From Camelus dromedarius (taxonomy: Eukaryota), in assembly GCF_036321535.1 (NCBI RefSeq), contig NC_087436.1, positions 37,760,001-37,824,000 of the forward strand: a DNA stretch of 64,000 nucleotides, in the 5' to 3' direction. A program made the position numbers and the translations under genes. Shown piece by piece: positions 1-14,081 of this stretch; the first letter of the stretch is position 1, and each line of letters starts with the position of its first letter. The notes beneath the pieces were generated by a model that saw only the letters and a list, made by a program, of their open reading frames with translations, had not been told where the DNA came from and did no database searches.

Positions 1-299
1 CTTTGGGCCTGTAGCGCCTGGTGTGGCCTGGCCTTGCTCAGTCCAGCAGCAATCCAGCCACAGCTAGCTTCTCCCAGTTCCCAGGACACACTGTACACTT
101 TGAAATTTTTCCTACCTTTCCACTTGCTTCTCTTTGTGGAAGTGCTTTCCTCCCCCTTTCTTGTTTGCCTGGCATTCTCTTCCTCATTAGAACTCTGCAC
201 TGAAATTTCTACCAAGAGTACCTTCTAAAGGGACGTTAGCTGTTTCCTTTTCCATGCCTCTGTGGGAACAAGCACAAACATACATTATAGCACTAATCA

Positions 300-432
300 T
301 GTTTTCACTGATGCCTCTGTCTCCTCATCAGGCTGTGAACGCCCTAAAGGCCAGCACTATGTCTTACCTTGAAATCTCAGCACCAAGCCATATATAGTAC
401 ACAGTAGGCACCTAAGAAATGTTTGTTGATGA
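300..432 (+). mobile_element. L2 LINE 3' end fragment
   Basis: ...ctgtgaac...agcaccaagccatatatagtacacagtaggcacctaagaaatgtttgttgatg resembles the L2 3' terminus. Confidence 0.55.
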
Positions 433-1471
433 AGTCTCCAACGACTCATTTGAGGCCATATCTCATAAGTGCAGAAGTCACTACTCCAGATCTTCTGAGC
501 AGAGATCCAAAGGTCCTTTTTCTCCCACCTCATTCTCTCATCTACTAAAAATGTTTGCACAGTGATCTCAATGTCCCTTTTAGCGTTTAAAAATTCTAAG
601 GCTTTTACAAAATGATTTTGTGGAGTATGATTGGTTTCATAAATCCACCTACTGCAGTGTTCTCATCTAGTAATCACAAAACTTCAGGAGCTGTGTTGGA
701 CTGCCCTCTATGACCAGGTATTCAACAAAACTACGACCTTGACAGGGTGGATTTTCATCTTATCTTCATTTCTTTGTGGCTATGAGAAGCAGGCAAGTAT
801 TTTCTCATTTTCTCATGGACGCTGTATCTTAATAAATCAAAAAATAAATTCAAGAGCCTAAACAACAGGAAACTATGTTTGCTGGAAACTAGGTTCACAG
901 TAGTGAGAATGTGAGATCACTAAATCACTCAGGTTTTTTTCTTCTTTCTCCTAGGTTTTCCTGTGCCCAGGCCAGGTTGCTAATCAGGTAACTTCTTATC
1001 ATAATTACCTAGTCAGTCTTAATGGCTTCACACACTCTGCTCTGTCTCTCTCTGGTCCAGTAGGGCCGCTCTTCAATTGTTAAAACAGCTGCTGAGTTTC
1101 AAACCAGAGAAGAAGGCTCGGAGTGCGCCGTGGGGGAGCGCTCCCCGAGTGACGGCTGTGATAGGCAGGCGGCCGGGTGAAAAGTGGGACAAGAATGCAC
1201 AGTTTGCACACTCTGCTTTCCGCCTCCAACCTTCTCAGTTTAGCTCGTCTCCCCACCTCACTCCCTAATCAACCTGCGTTCCCCCGTTATTGTGCAGCCG
1301 GGTCTCCCTGACAGCGCGATGGTCCCGAGTACGCCTCTCCCTGGGTTTTGTAGCTTGAGGGGGTCTCGGCGGGCCTCCCTCGCCTTCTCTGCGCCTGGCT
1401 GGGAGGTAAGGATGGGAGTATGCCCTCCGCGATGCCGCCCGCGAGGGTCCCTGTTTGAAGAGCGCTGGGTC

Positions 1472-1589
<118 letters not shown>

Positions 1590-1699
1590 GTGGCGCGCAG
1601 CGGGAGGGAAGGAGGAACTGAGCGGGAGGCAGTGGGCAGAGAAGGGAGGGGGAGGGCGGGCAGCGGTGGGGCGGGAGGGGGAGCGGCTCTGGGCTTCAG

Positions 1700-2266
1700 C
1701 TGTGACACTCGGGAGCGATCACACACTCCCCGCTCGGAGCCGAGAGAGAGCGGAGCGAACCAAGCCGCGCACACGCCGCTGCCGCCCAGTGCGCCCGGCT
1801 CTCCCTGAGCGGCGCTCCAGCCTGGAGCGGGTGCCCCGAGCGGCCACCCGCCCAGCCCGGGCCAGCTCAGCTCCGCGCTGCAGCATCCTCCAGCCGCCAG
1901 GTCCCCGCACGCTCCCCGCCTTTTAAAAGGACCTCCCGCCGCTTCCTGGCTCTGCCCCGGGATCCCCCAGTCCCGCGCTCCTCCTTGCTCCACTTCGCAG
2001 CAACTTCGGCGGCCGCGCGCCACCAGCTCTTGCCCGCCTTTGAAGTTTGCGACGTCGGCCGCAAAGTTGGGACACTTAGGCCGGTTTAATTTTTCTCTTT
2101 TAACTGCGTCCTCTACCCTACCACCCCCCACCCCAAGTCCCTTTGGTTCCTGAGTACTGGTGCTTAACATCTTGGCCGGAGCCGGGGACTTGGACTGTTT
2201 CGCACGCCACACCTCGGGGAGGGATATTTCCTCTTCCCTCCCAGGAAAAACAAACATTTTTTTAAG
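1700..2266 (+). other. NDNF: NDNF non-coding exon 1 (5' UTR); TSS approximate
   Basis: Perfect donor AAG|GTAAGT at 2266/2267 inside the CpG island. Joining it to the acceptor at 29868 gives TAAG-G-ATG-G (A at -3, G at +4, strong Kozak). Consistent with the known 4-exon NDNF structure. The 5' end cannot be fixed from sequence. Confidence 0.75.
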
Positions 2267-5200
2267 GTAAGTAGCGAGAGGAAAGCAAACCCCGACGTCC
2301 CGACGCCTTAGCCCGCCACCCGAGACCTGACACAAGGAGCGTTCACACTCGAGGGCTCATCTGGGATGTGGGGGGTGGAGGCGCAGGTCCTCTAACTCGG
2401 CGGGGCCCCGCTAGGTTCTCGGTCACCGCTGGGCGAGAGCGTTGGATCCCGAGGAGCCGAAAGCGTGCGGGTATTGGAACTGATCTCCCTCGGTTCTCCA
2501 GACTGTTTTGGTGGCTGAGCGGTCCCAGCGGTTTTAGGAGGAGGTGGAGAGACAGTGCACGGGCCGGGGCCACAGGGTCCGGTACCCAGGGTGCGGTGGA
2601 GTCCGGGGAGCCGCAGAGCCCTTATCTTCTACTTGGCCTGGACATTTTCTTTGCCCGTCTGCTAGAGGGCTGCTGCCTCCCTCTCCGGGTTCATGCCCTC
2701 TGCCCGCCGCTGGAGAAAGTCTGTGAGACTGGGGTCTTGCAGGGCGCGACTGTGTGTGAGGCGAAAAGCCGGGGGTCTGGACAGCGCGCGGGGTTCGCCC
2801 ACGGGCAGGGAGCGCGCGGGTTCCTGGCGGGCGGTCCCAAGCCGCGCACTCCTGGGCGCTAGGCTCTCCCTCTGCGCTGCCAGGCCGACCCCCTACCGCT
2901 CTGGGTCCTCATTTGTCCCCTGTGTGGTGGGCGAGCATCGTTAAAGAAACTTCCTCGAGCTGAGCAGGGTGGCCTGGGACCGGATCCTACTTTTGCCGGG
3001 AAAGCAGAGCAGCTGCCGAGCGGACTCTCCTTCCCGCCCCAAACGGAGCAACAGGGCGTCATGCCCTAACCTGGTCTGTGCGGGAGTTGGGGTTCTTTCT
3101 AGTGCGCGCACCCTTTAGGACTGAAGTCAGGGCGGGCCCGACATTCAGGATCCGAACCAGTAGTTCCAAGTCCCAGCTGTTCTCTTGGGGCACTTCACAA
3201 ACCTCTGATTTTGGGGTGCGGTTTCGGTTCATTGCGCTCCCTGTTGCCCCCTCCCCACTGTGCATTCCCGCATCCCGCCCCCGGAGGTCTAGGCGGGAGA
3301 ATTCCCGCAGCCCCCTGCACCCGCTGCGTGCGGGTCACCGAAATCCTTGGAGTTTCCTGCCGGCACCTTCGCGCTGCCGCTGAGCTGTCCTTCCGGCCCG
3401 GTCGAGGTTCCCCTCGCGGTCCCCTTCGGGGCGCTGTCCATCTGCTCTGGGTACAAGTAGCTCCCTGAAACCAAGACCTTGAGCGGGAAATGAACCTGAG
3501 AAAATGTTTCTGGGTTGGTTTGTGTATTTTTTAACAGAGTTCTTTTTTTATCAACTTAGTTGGGTTGCAAATTTGTTTACTTCTCATCTCGGTCCCGCTA
3601 AATCACACACACTATATGTATTTTTTTCATTTCTTTGCTGATCTCTCCGAACACACTACCCTCTCTTCCCCCCTCCACCCCTCCTCCTCCTGCCTCGCTT
3701 CCTGAACCCTTTTTCTTCTCTGAAGGAGGGAATCTCCGCACCTCCTCCTCTCCTCCTCCCACCCGGTCCCTGAGCGGCTGTGAGAACCAGGGGAGTCGTC
3801 AATGGAAATAAATAGGACCCCGCTCCATTCTCCGCCCCCTTCAAACAAGTAAAATCCTCCTGGGCTCGCAGAAGTAGAGATAAAACATCCCTCCCGAGGG
3901 AGCGGTTGTGAGGATTTGATGGGGTTGAATTGTTTTATTATCCTGAAAGACGTGATGGATGGATGCGAGAGCAAATATGCCTACAGAGCAGAGTGTATTG
4001 AGGGCGATCGGTATTTATTATTACTCATTATTGTTTATTAAGAGCGATAATAAGGCCGTAACCTTAGCTGAAGACTGTGTTTATATTTGGTTTTGATTTT
4101 ATGTCGGTCTCTTATTACAGTGGTTTCAGAAAGTGAAAACACCAAAAGGGTATTAATTCCTCACACTCACTCTGCATATGGAATTAATCAAATGTCAAAA
4201 AGATACTGTCATTTTACCAAGTTTTAACCCATGAACTTTTATAAGGTTGCAGTCTTTTAAATGTCCTCATTTGCCTCAGTCTGTCTCCTTAAAGTTCAAA
4301 AAACTTGGCAACATAATTAATTATGGTCCCAATTCCCATTTTCAATCTAAACCTATATTCAGGATTATATTAAAATATCCCATCACTTATCCTTTAAAAG
4401 TGATGGAACTCTGATGAGTTTAAATTCTTGGGAGGGGGGCTGGGAATGAGGGGCCCAGAAGTTAGATTTCTCTCAAAAATCCTTCCCTTCTTCCTTTAAA
4501 GAAAGAAATTACAAATGTTTTCTTTGCACAGTTCTCAACTTTAGTGAATGTACTTAATCTTTACCACACACTCGAAACATAACAGCTAGCAGCTTTGTCT
4601 GTATTGTTTTCATTTTTATGTCAGGATGTTTTATTCATTAAACCTGCATGTTGAAGTCGCAGGCTCAGCGTGTCAATTAACACTCTATTTTAATTAGTAA
4701 CTATCATAAAAAAAGAAGCTAGAACTCTGTAATGGGCCTAAATTGCTATGAATTATGTGTGGTTTAAATTATGCATTTATTTCAGCAGAAATGAAACCAT
4801 GAATAGAAAATATCTTTTAATCACTTGCAGATACGGCTTTTATCTCTTAAGATGTAACAAAATATATAATTGAGAAATATTCTTCTAAGAATGAGGGAAG
4901 CCCCCACCCTCCGTTTATTTGTCCTGGGTCTATTGAACATTCATGTGGTTAAGTATGAATGTTAAAGAGTAAAGAATAATAGCGAGCTGAGGGAATGCTG
5001 CATTACAAGTAGCCACCGTGGGTCAGTCTTCAGATAACTTAATGTAGCAACTTTCTCAAGTGGCTTCACGAACCTGAGGATTCAGACTGTAGTTATCTCA
5101 CTTGGATTTATTGACCAGACTCTGCGTGGTAGCTGGGGAAATGTGTGGGGAATCTCCAACAAAAGATTTGAAATGAAGAGGGGAAAGGTAGGAATAAAAT

Positions 5201-8200
5201 GTATCTGTCTGTTGTTATCTTCCTATGTTCATTTCTATAGTAGTTCTAGGCAGTCTATCTAGAGGTCAGGATTTTTTATTTTAAAACCCAGTGTATTTTT
5301 GTTGTCACTGTTGTTAGGACAGAACGTATTTTTCATCGTGCTGAGATGGATGAGTAGATATTGCACATGGAACAGTTATGCCTGAATTAACAGATAGCAG
5401 AGGGGTAGTGTGAATTCCACATAATTTGCATTGATTGAAATTATTTTGATCTCTCTTCCTTGGTTTTCACAATGATTAGGTGGTTGATTCTAGTAACCAA
5501 GCAGCACTCTCTGACACTGTTTTTCCTCGCTGTCTTCTTATCAGGTGTTGCTTGGGGGTCAGTGCGTCCATAGTAGCAACCTGGTAATGAATGAAACTTA
5601 CCAGGGTCAGTTGCCATCAGCCAGTCACCAGGAAGAAAGCATATTCTATAGTCATCTGTATTGGGTGAAAAAGGCAAGCATAACTTGCAAGAATCATTCC
5701 AATTATTCATTTGACCTTGAACCGATAACCAGTACCTCTAAATATTTATTTTGGGACGATTATTCTGAAGAATGTAATTTATTCTTTCCCATTGGTTTAC
5801 AATCATTTAGTAGAAGCAACAGCTTAAAAAGTTATAGTTGAGTAGTCAATTACACCATGACTTTGCTTTGAAAACTGACTTTCAAATTAAAGTCCTCCAA
5901 TACTTAAATATCCCATTTAAAAAATGCTTCGCAATTTAAATCCTGAAGTGACGCTAAATTCTGCTTTATTTTTCCAGGATATTACCATACAAATTGATAC
6001 TTAGGATACTCGATGCTTCCACATGTTAATTTCCACCTTGGAAGGAAAATAAATACTATTATTGTAGTTATTGTGGTTTAAAAAAAAATCACATAGTATG
6101 ACATGAAAAAACAGAACTGCTAATATTTTATTGACTCACATAGTGGTATGTTGACCATAAATTCAGTTACATTGCGGAGAAAACCAGCACCATTTTAGTG
6201 TGGGTCTTTGTTTGTTTGGATGTGTACAAATTCGTGTACTTCTTGCTACTTCTTAGATGACACTTGGCATTTGCTGTACCACCAGTCCCCAAACCAGTAT
6301 CAGAAGCAGGGTGTTCTTGGCTGCTTACTTCCTGAACACACTTCTTAAACCCAAAGATGTTATATCCACATCTTCCCCCTTCCTTTTGGTATTTACCAAA
6401 AACTGCAGACCAATAAATCCACACATTTTAGTCTTTTGAAATATTTGGAACATATGAAATATACACTTTTAATTCACCTGAAGCTTTTAAAATAAGATAT
6501 TGCTTGCTTTGCATCTTAAAAAGTAAGAGTAAGCTATTTGATCAGTATAGAATAAAAGCAAATTAGTAATATGTTTCTGCAGACCTTTCCCTTCGGGATA
6601 AAGAAACAAATTTGACCACAGAACAGCTGGATACTGGGTCCTGTTACAATACCAATTTTTTAAAGGACTCACTGAGCTAGATTTGATTTAAACTTCACTT
6701 TAATGTCCGCAGACCTCAAGTTTATAAGTATAGAAACTTCCAAGATTACATGTTATTATTCCTTCAATAAGTTCCGGATCCTTTGGAAACTGATTTATTT
6801 TAGTAAGTCGGTGAATAGTTTTTGGTTTTCATTCGTCAATTTTTTCCTGTAGCAAATTTGGACATGACATATATTTAATGTTTCATATATTTCTCAAGTA
6901 TTTATTTTTAGTTTCACTTGTGAAAACACTGAAATGAATCTTCACTTTGAAAAAGAAAAATATGGCAGCATATGTATAGTTAACTTATCAAATGTCTCTT
7001 TTAATTATCCTTTTGAAATATTTTTCTGCCTTTTATATAGTCTTAAGAAAAGAAAAAACATTTTTAGAAATAATGGGGTTACATAAAGTTTGGAAAAAAC
7101 TCAACAAAAACATGATTACACATGATTGGAAATCAACTCATTTGAGTGGAACTCTTAGACACTTCCTCTGCAGTGTGGAAAATTTAAATTTAATGATCAA
7201 ATGACAAAAATCAAGTTAGCAACGTGCGCTCCTGTCTGTTTTCTAGTTGAAACGCTCAGCCAATATCATGAGTAGTGGAGACTGATAGAAGTAAGTTTCT
7301 ATTAGTGTTTCTTCTCCCGAACATGAAATTGAGATAAACGCCCTCTTCTTCCAGCTGTGTGCTCAGATAGCATATATTCCACAATCTAAAGACATAGCCA
7401 AAAAATATGGGCTATATTCAAATGGGTGTTTCATCAACAACAAAAAGGTATCATGATTATATCTTGTTGTTTGAGGCAACATCCCTATATACACACATCT
7501 AGATAAAATATGAGACTGAAATTCATCATTTTCTAAAATAAGTAGTAATGGCATAATTAGAAAGATTTATGAGGTATGATACTTTCTTTGGAAATCACCA
7601 TGACTATTTTTAAAGTTACAGAAACTATGAAAAATTGTTTATATGCAAAGATAGACAATACCATCTCTAGCCAGTTGACAAACAAAATGAGGGGCAACAT
7701 TGTGGTACTTACTTGGAGATATTATGTTTGAAAGGGAAAAATCTAATGTAAAAGGGCTTGACTTATTTAGGATTAATTTTTCCAATGTAGGTGCCTCTTG
7801 GAGTATAGATGGTTACAGTTTATAGCGCATCATTGTGAGAAGTAAACCCTAGCTATGCATTTGAACCTAGGCGATGGCTTTGCCTGCTCTCTTCTGTTCA
7901 GGTTATATGTGCTCTAAGCCCATAGGCATTGCCAGGTGTAACATTATGCATTTTGTTGCAGCAATAAAATGTGTTTCTGATTAAATTATCAGAGGCATAC
8001 CAAAATACACACACACAAACATAATGTACTTGATCATTTTTAGTTATCTTGTTTAAAATACACTTAAAGGTAAATAATAAACACTAGTATATATATCACA
8101 ATTTAAATCTAAATAATGTTCATATGTTGATAGCACTCAATGAATGTTGTAATATCGTATTAAATTACAGCCATCACTAAAATTCACTGATCTTATCAAA

Positions 8201-8926
8201 AGCTTCAAATCGGGATTGATTCAGAAGTAACTAGATCCTGTAATTGAAGAGAGATTTCTTGCCAGCAGTGGTGACAGAGATCAGAAACAGCAGTGCTGGC
8301 TAAAACACCTAGCAAACTGAGGGAAAAAAGCCCTCACTTTTCTTTTGGCCTCTCCTAAATCTCAGATATCTGAGTTCTAGGGCTGATCCTTCAAAGTTTG
8401 CTACAATTGCCATGAAAATATATTACCTTTGAAGGAAAATAGAACTGCCTCTTAAAAATAGGAGATACAAATTTAACCCTCTAGCAATCGCAGTACCAGG
8501 ATTAACGCTACTAGCAGATGAGCTAACAAGACAGGTCCCATGAGAGATGGCCTGAGAGTTACAGGGACCCTGCCCCCAAATATCACCGCGGTCTTTCATG
8601 GTACTAAAATGCCACCTGAAAAAAGATGATTTTTAAAAAAAATTTTTTAAAGTGATTTAATTTTTCAATGTCCCCTGTATATATGAAGTTACCCCAGGAT
8701 GAGAAACATGGTAAGCTGCAGTTGGCTAATATCTTCCAAAGATGTTAATAGCTAGTTAAAGCCAAAAACTAGTTGAAGACAGAATTTTAGGGCAGGGTGA
8801 TATGTATCTTGGGCTCTCTTAGCCTCTCCTTCTTTAGAGTGTCTACCTTTAGTATATACCTGGTCTCTGTTCTCTTCCTCTGGTAGTTGATTCTCGGTTT
8901 CTTATATTCTAGTACAAGTTATACCC

Positions 8927-9052
8927 AGGGCCAGCTTCATGGGCTGCACTTAGGAGAGGCCTCTGTGCTCCGTTGAATACTCTGCTATTGCCATCTTGAA
9001 ATTCTTAAATTTTGAACAAGAGATCTTGCACTGGGTCCCACAAATTATGTGA
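8927..9052. mobile_element. hAT-Tip100 non-autonomous element (MER45-like) relic
   Basis: CAGGGCCAGCTTCATGGG...GCCATCTTGAAATTCTTAA...TTGCACTGGGTCCCACAAATTATGT resembles the MER45 consensus (recalled). Confidence 0.6.
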
Positions 9053-9706
9053 CTCACCGCCATTCTACTTTGGTATGAGTTTAAGAGAGAATTTTGATGT
9101 CCGGGAATTGGAAAGGACATTTGAGATTATCTTTGCAAGGTTAGGTCCAGTGAGTATTTGATTTAAAAATATGTCTTTTAACTAAAATGAAAGATACAGG
9201 ATACTCTTTTAAACAACTGAGGTAGAGGTTTCCCATTGCCTCTAAAATTATACTTAATAGTTATCCAGCTTCTAATAGTGTCAGTCTTGTAAAGCAGAAG
9301 TCCCTAAGATAGAGTGTCCTCTTTGCCTCATTACAATGCACACGATGTCTCATTATGATGAAAGAAGAAAATATCGTAGAAAATGTTCTATTTATATTTA
9401 CTTTTATGTATAAATAAGGGAAATAAGTTTTGTTAATATTATTTACTAAATCTGTTGACAAAGGTACTCTTACTCAGCATAGCAGATGGTCACTGAACAA
9501 TAAAAAAAAATGGCAGAGGTGATGGCTTCTATGAAGTACAAATATTACAAGTGAAAATGATGACATTCTCATCAGCTCTTATAGGAATCAGCCCTGCCCA
9601 CAAATGAACCAGAAAAAGATTCAAAGTATACAGGTTTCATCTGTTATAATTAACTATGATATTCATCTCAGTATAGAATGCCTTAAATTGTTTAATATAA
9701 ATGAAA

Positions 9707-9721
9707 TATATATGTATTTTA

Positions 9722-9760
<39 letters not shown>
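9707..9760. repeat. (TA)n plus poly-T simple repeat
   Basis: Read directly. Confidence 0.9.
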
Positions 9761-11054
9761 AAGCACAATTCTAAGAGATTTGGAGACAACACATTACAGA
9801 GCCAGGGGTCTTAAAAGGAGGTAAACAGGAAGCTGACAGAGCCCTCAATTAAATTTGCTACCGCTATCTTCAAGAGTATTCTTAGTTATTTGTATAAACA
9901 TTTCATAATCCCTCTGTTGTCAATAATTAGATATTGTATGCCATTATGTTCAGAAAATTCCATTATTCTAACAGTTAAAAAAAACTTACCATCCAATAAC
10001 TTAACCTTCTTAACAGTCTCATACAAATGTATATTGTGCATTTTGTGTTACATTTTGAAATTTTTATTTGAAATTTTGTTGGTTTTCAGTGAAGTTGTCA
10101 GTTATTAATTTGTGTTACAGTTGTTTCTGTGCTTTGGATTTCACAATGTGAATGGAAAAGTTTCTATTTATTAGTATTATTACAACCCTGGATTATTTAC
10201 AAGGTATTTCCACATCCATCATTTTCCTTAATCTTTACAGGAATCCAGTGAGGAAGTTATTATATCCTGCTACTCCTGAGAAATCTGAGACTCAGTTTTG
10301 CATAAAAGACTTACCTAAACTCACAGACTTTTAAAATCAAGTGCTAACTCTTTGGTTTCAGAAGCAAAATTGATGGAAATGTCTAAAATTTTTAAATTGA
10401 GATTAATTGCCAAATTAATTTGCAAGGACACAACTTGCTTAGAATTTTTTTTTTACAATTTAATGATTCAAAAATATCATTAATTTAGTCTAAATCCACA
10501 AGATCTTAATCATAGGATGCTACGTGTTACCTGTTTTTTGTTTTGATAATAATTAACTTATTAGGGAATTTTTTATGGGAAATAATTACATTTTCCACTT
10601 TAAATCACTATTTAAGGTCATGATTAAACAACTTGTCTTGTCTTAAACATTCTAGTTTAAAATAACACGAAGGTGAAGCAAGGATAAATAGATAAATAAC
10701 GCCCCACACCTGTCCTTCTAGGAAGTTAAAGGCTTTTATCTTAATAGGAATTTTTGGAAGTGAGATGGGATATCAATTTCTGACTATCTTTAATTGCTGG
10801 TGTAAGTCTCCCTTGCTGCCTCACATCCCCAACCACTGTTTGCACAGATCCTACCCCAGTCACAAAAGGCAAAGTAGTCCGTCACTGTGCTTTAGTAAGT
10901 CTACATACAGCTGTGGAATCGATTCTTGAAGGCAAACCTCTTTTCCCTTCTTCTGCTCTCGTCTTAATTAGTCCCCTTGACCAGCCATTCAAACCTGGGT
11001 GTTAAAATGCCCTAAAGTACACTATGTGCTGAGTCTGATGTGTATGTGCATGAG

Positions 11055-11056
<2 letters not shown>

Positions 11057-11095
<39 letters not shown>
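11057..11095. repeat. (TG)19 microsatellite
   Basis: Read directly. Confidence 0.97.
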
Positions 11096-11097
<2 letters not shown>

Positions 11098-12544
11098 CAT
11101 ACAAAAGCTTTAACATACTTTAGAGACAAGTTGTCTGGAAAAGGAAATAATAAAACATATTCTTCTCCAAAAGTAGAATCAAATAAAAAAATCTGGGATT
11201 AGAAAATGAGTTAAAAGTTTATTAGAGAAACCTATTCCAATTATATGTGGTAGGTACAATATTAAAAAATCAGTAGGCTTTGGAACCCCTTTTTAAATTA
11301 GTAGTAACTAATAGTAATTCAGGTCTGCAGTTATTTTATTATTCCATTAACAATATGACATTTTTGAGAGGTAAGATTGGAAGTTAGATCAGTTCTAAGA
11401 TCTTTTAAATACATTATTTTTTAAAAAGTTGGATGAGAGTATATATTTCAATGGAATAATGAGAGCTGTTATAGACACCTATAATAGGATATTCCAAAAA
11501 TTCTAAAAGTTTATAGTCCTTTAAAATACAATGAGGAATAAGCAAGTTCACACAATGAAAGGATTTATACAGAGACACGCATATTAACACTTCAGCCACC
11601 AAATTCAGTCTATAATTGAAAACTCTACATTTAAAATGTATTCACACCTTCCAGAGCAGCAACCACAAAGAGGCAGTTTGGAAGCATCTTTTCCTCTTGG
11701 CAGGTTCTGTCTTGTAATGAGCGTTGAACATCATTGACCCCCCAACACTCACCAGCTGCAGCCTTTCCTTAATGCTTCCCTTAAAAAGTTTTTAAAAGGA
11801 ATAAAAACCACACCTAACTATATATCTTACTTTTGGAGGGGAATGGAATGAAATAATTGTGGATCTGAATTCCCATACTGGGTCAGTTATTTTGTGGTTT
11901 GCCATGTCTCTAATTGTTGTCGGCTTATGTTTGTATTATTTCATCATAATTTGCTATAATCTCTTCATGAAAAGTGACTCTGGGGTCTGTCCGCATTGTC
12001 TGCCTTTTGAGTGTCCTGTTCTTTAATCATCTCTTAATCCAGAAATAATAATGCAGAACATCCCAGGAACTGAGCCTAATCCTCCACTCTCTAATCTCAA
12101 CACGTGCATCTTAAATCCTTCGCTAGATCTAGTGCCTAAGAAGCCTGAGCACACTCACCTTTGTATCAGTTTTAATCCAGCTTTGTTCATCAGGCAATAT
12201 TGATGTCCTCAGATAAGGCGTATAAAGGCTAAAATAGAGAATATTAGAGTTTCCTACTGTTTACATGATTGTTTTAAAAAACCCAACCTCTTGGCCTTTC
12301 CTCTGTGTTTCTAGTCAGTCTTTAATTAAAGAGGAACTTAACCTTTTACCTGATAGATTTGGTGAATAAAGTGAGAATAATCTGATGCTGAAACTCCTTC
12401 TCATATCTCTGTTTTAAGAGCAAGTCAAAACGTATCTCTTTTGCTGTTGAATAAAATTTTGCAACTAGCTTGAGAAGCTGGTTTATAGTTTTGTAAAGAA
12501 ATAGAAACTTTTTTTACTTTTAAAAGAGTATTCACATCTACAAT

Positions 12545-12700
12545 TTTTAATCTCAAAACAACTCTGGGAATAATTGGCTCCATTTTGTAGATGAGGAAAC
12601 TGAGACTCAAAGAGATTAAGAGACTTGCTCAAAGTATAAAAGCCAAAATTGTTCAGTCAGAACTTCTTCAGTTCAGATCTCCTTACTCTATGGCCAGTGA
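12545..12700 (-). mobile_element. MIR SINE
   Basis: Core CCATTTTGTAGATGAGGAAACTGAGACTCAAAGAGATTAAGAGACTTGCTCAAAGT is the typical MIR core. Confidence 0.75.
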
Positions 12701-13914
12701 TTGTTTCCTATTTTAGATAGAAATTTTGGCAGCCTCCCCAAACTTGACTGAATAAATGAATACATACATAAAAATTAAACGACAGGGGAGAATGGAAAAG
12801 AGTAAAGAACGAACCAAAAAATTAAATTCCAGATTGGTAAGAAAATCAATCCTGAATTGACAGGAACCCAAGATGTGGGGAGAGCTCATCTGAACAATGA
12901 GACAGGAGACAGAAGAGTGAGACAAAGAAAGACAGGAGATGTTCTCTAAACTACAAGATTGTCAGGAACCAGTGTCCTTCGAGGATATTATCTCATCTCT
13001 CCAAAGACACAGCTCGAAGTGTACAGTTTGTTTTTGGCCTTGGATTTTAAGACCAAACAGTTAGAAAACTTTAACTTAGTTCTTTTTACAAGAACAACAT
13101 ACGCATGTGCCCCTCTTTTTTCTTTTTTTCTGGATATAAGAATAATTTAGGGTTTAACCATTTTAGCTCTTTAAGGTCCCTGGTCCACCCATCTCCCTCA
13201 TCTATCTTTGGACTATATTATCGTGAGTCTATTTATTTGTAAATTCCTCTTCTGATTTTTGTCCTGGGCTTTGTCTCTGGAGGCCACCTCAAATCCTCTT
13301 TGATAGCAGACAGGCTTGAATGCTGTCCTGTGAAAACAACTGCTGGGGAAGAAGGAGTAAAGCTTCCAGACCATCAGATATTTGGGAAAATATGGGATTG
13401 GATTCGTGGAATCAAATGCCACTTCCTCGTCTAGGGTATTTACTTCTCTATGGTCATATAGTAGATAATTTCTTCTTGATAGTATCTGATTTACTAGTCC
13501 TGTATTTGCCAACTCCAGTAAGTATATGAATAAATTAGAAAATTTGGTATAACTTTGAAAAAAACTCACAATTTCCCAAATGGTAAGTGGTCCACTAGTC
13601 CATTATTGGGCTTTAAGATAAACCTAGACATATTCCCCAGAGGGAATAATCCTGCCTGTCATTTTTTTTTTAATGCAAAGAAGGTAGAGAGAAAAGAAAA
13701 CTGTGAAATCGTGAGGATATGATACTAATTCTCAAAGTAAAAGGATGAAAGGATGTAGACAATCTCTATTTCACCAAAGCTTCTCCCTAAATAGATGTTT
13801 AAATATTAAACTTTGGAAATGAATGAAAATTAGAAATCAGAGAATTCAAACAGTGAAAATCCTGGAGATGAAAATCGTAGTGCTGCTCGTACCAGATAAC
13901 AGGATTGGGAGACA

Positions 13915-14081
13915 CAGAGCTACCCCAAGTGCAGTCCTTGAACTACCAGCATCCCCATCTCCGGGGAGCTTGTTAGAAAGGATGAGACTCAGCGCCCACC
14001 CCAGATCTTTTGAATCAGAATCTGCATTTTACCAGAGAGTCTGGGTGATCGGTGTGCATGTTAAGGTTTGAGAAGCACTGG
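13915..14081. mobile_element. hAT-Charlie MER5-like DNA transposon relic
   Basis: GAGCTTGTTAGAAA...CCCACCCCAGA...GAATCAGAATCTGCATTTTA...GGTGATC...GTTTGAGAAGCACTG matches the MER5A/B pattern. Confidence 0.75.
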
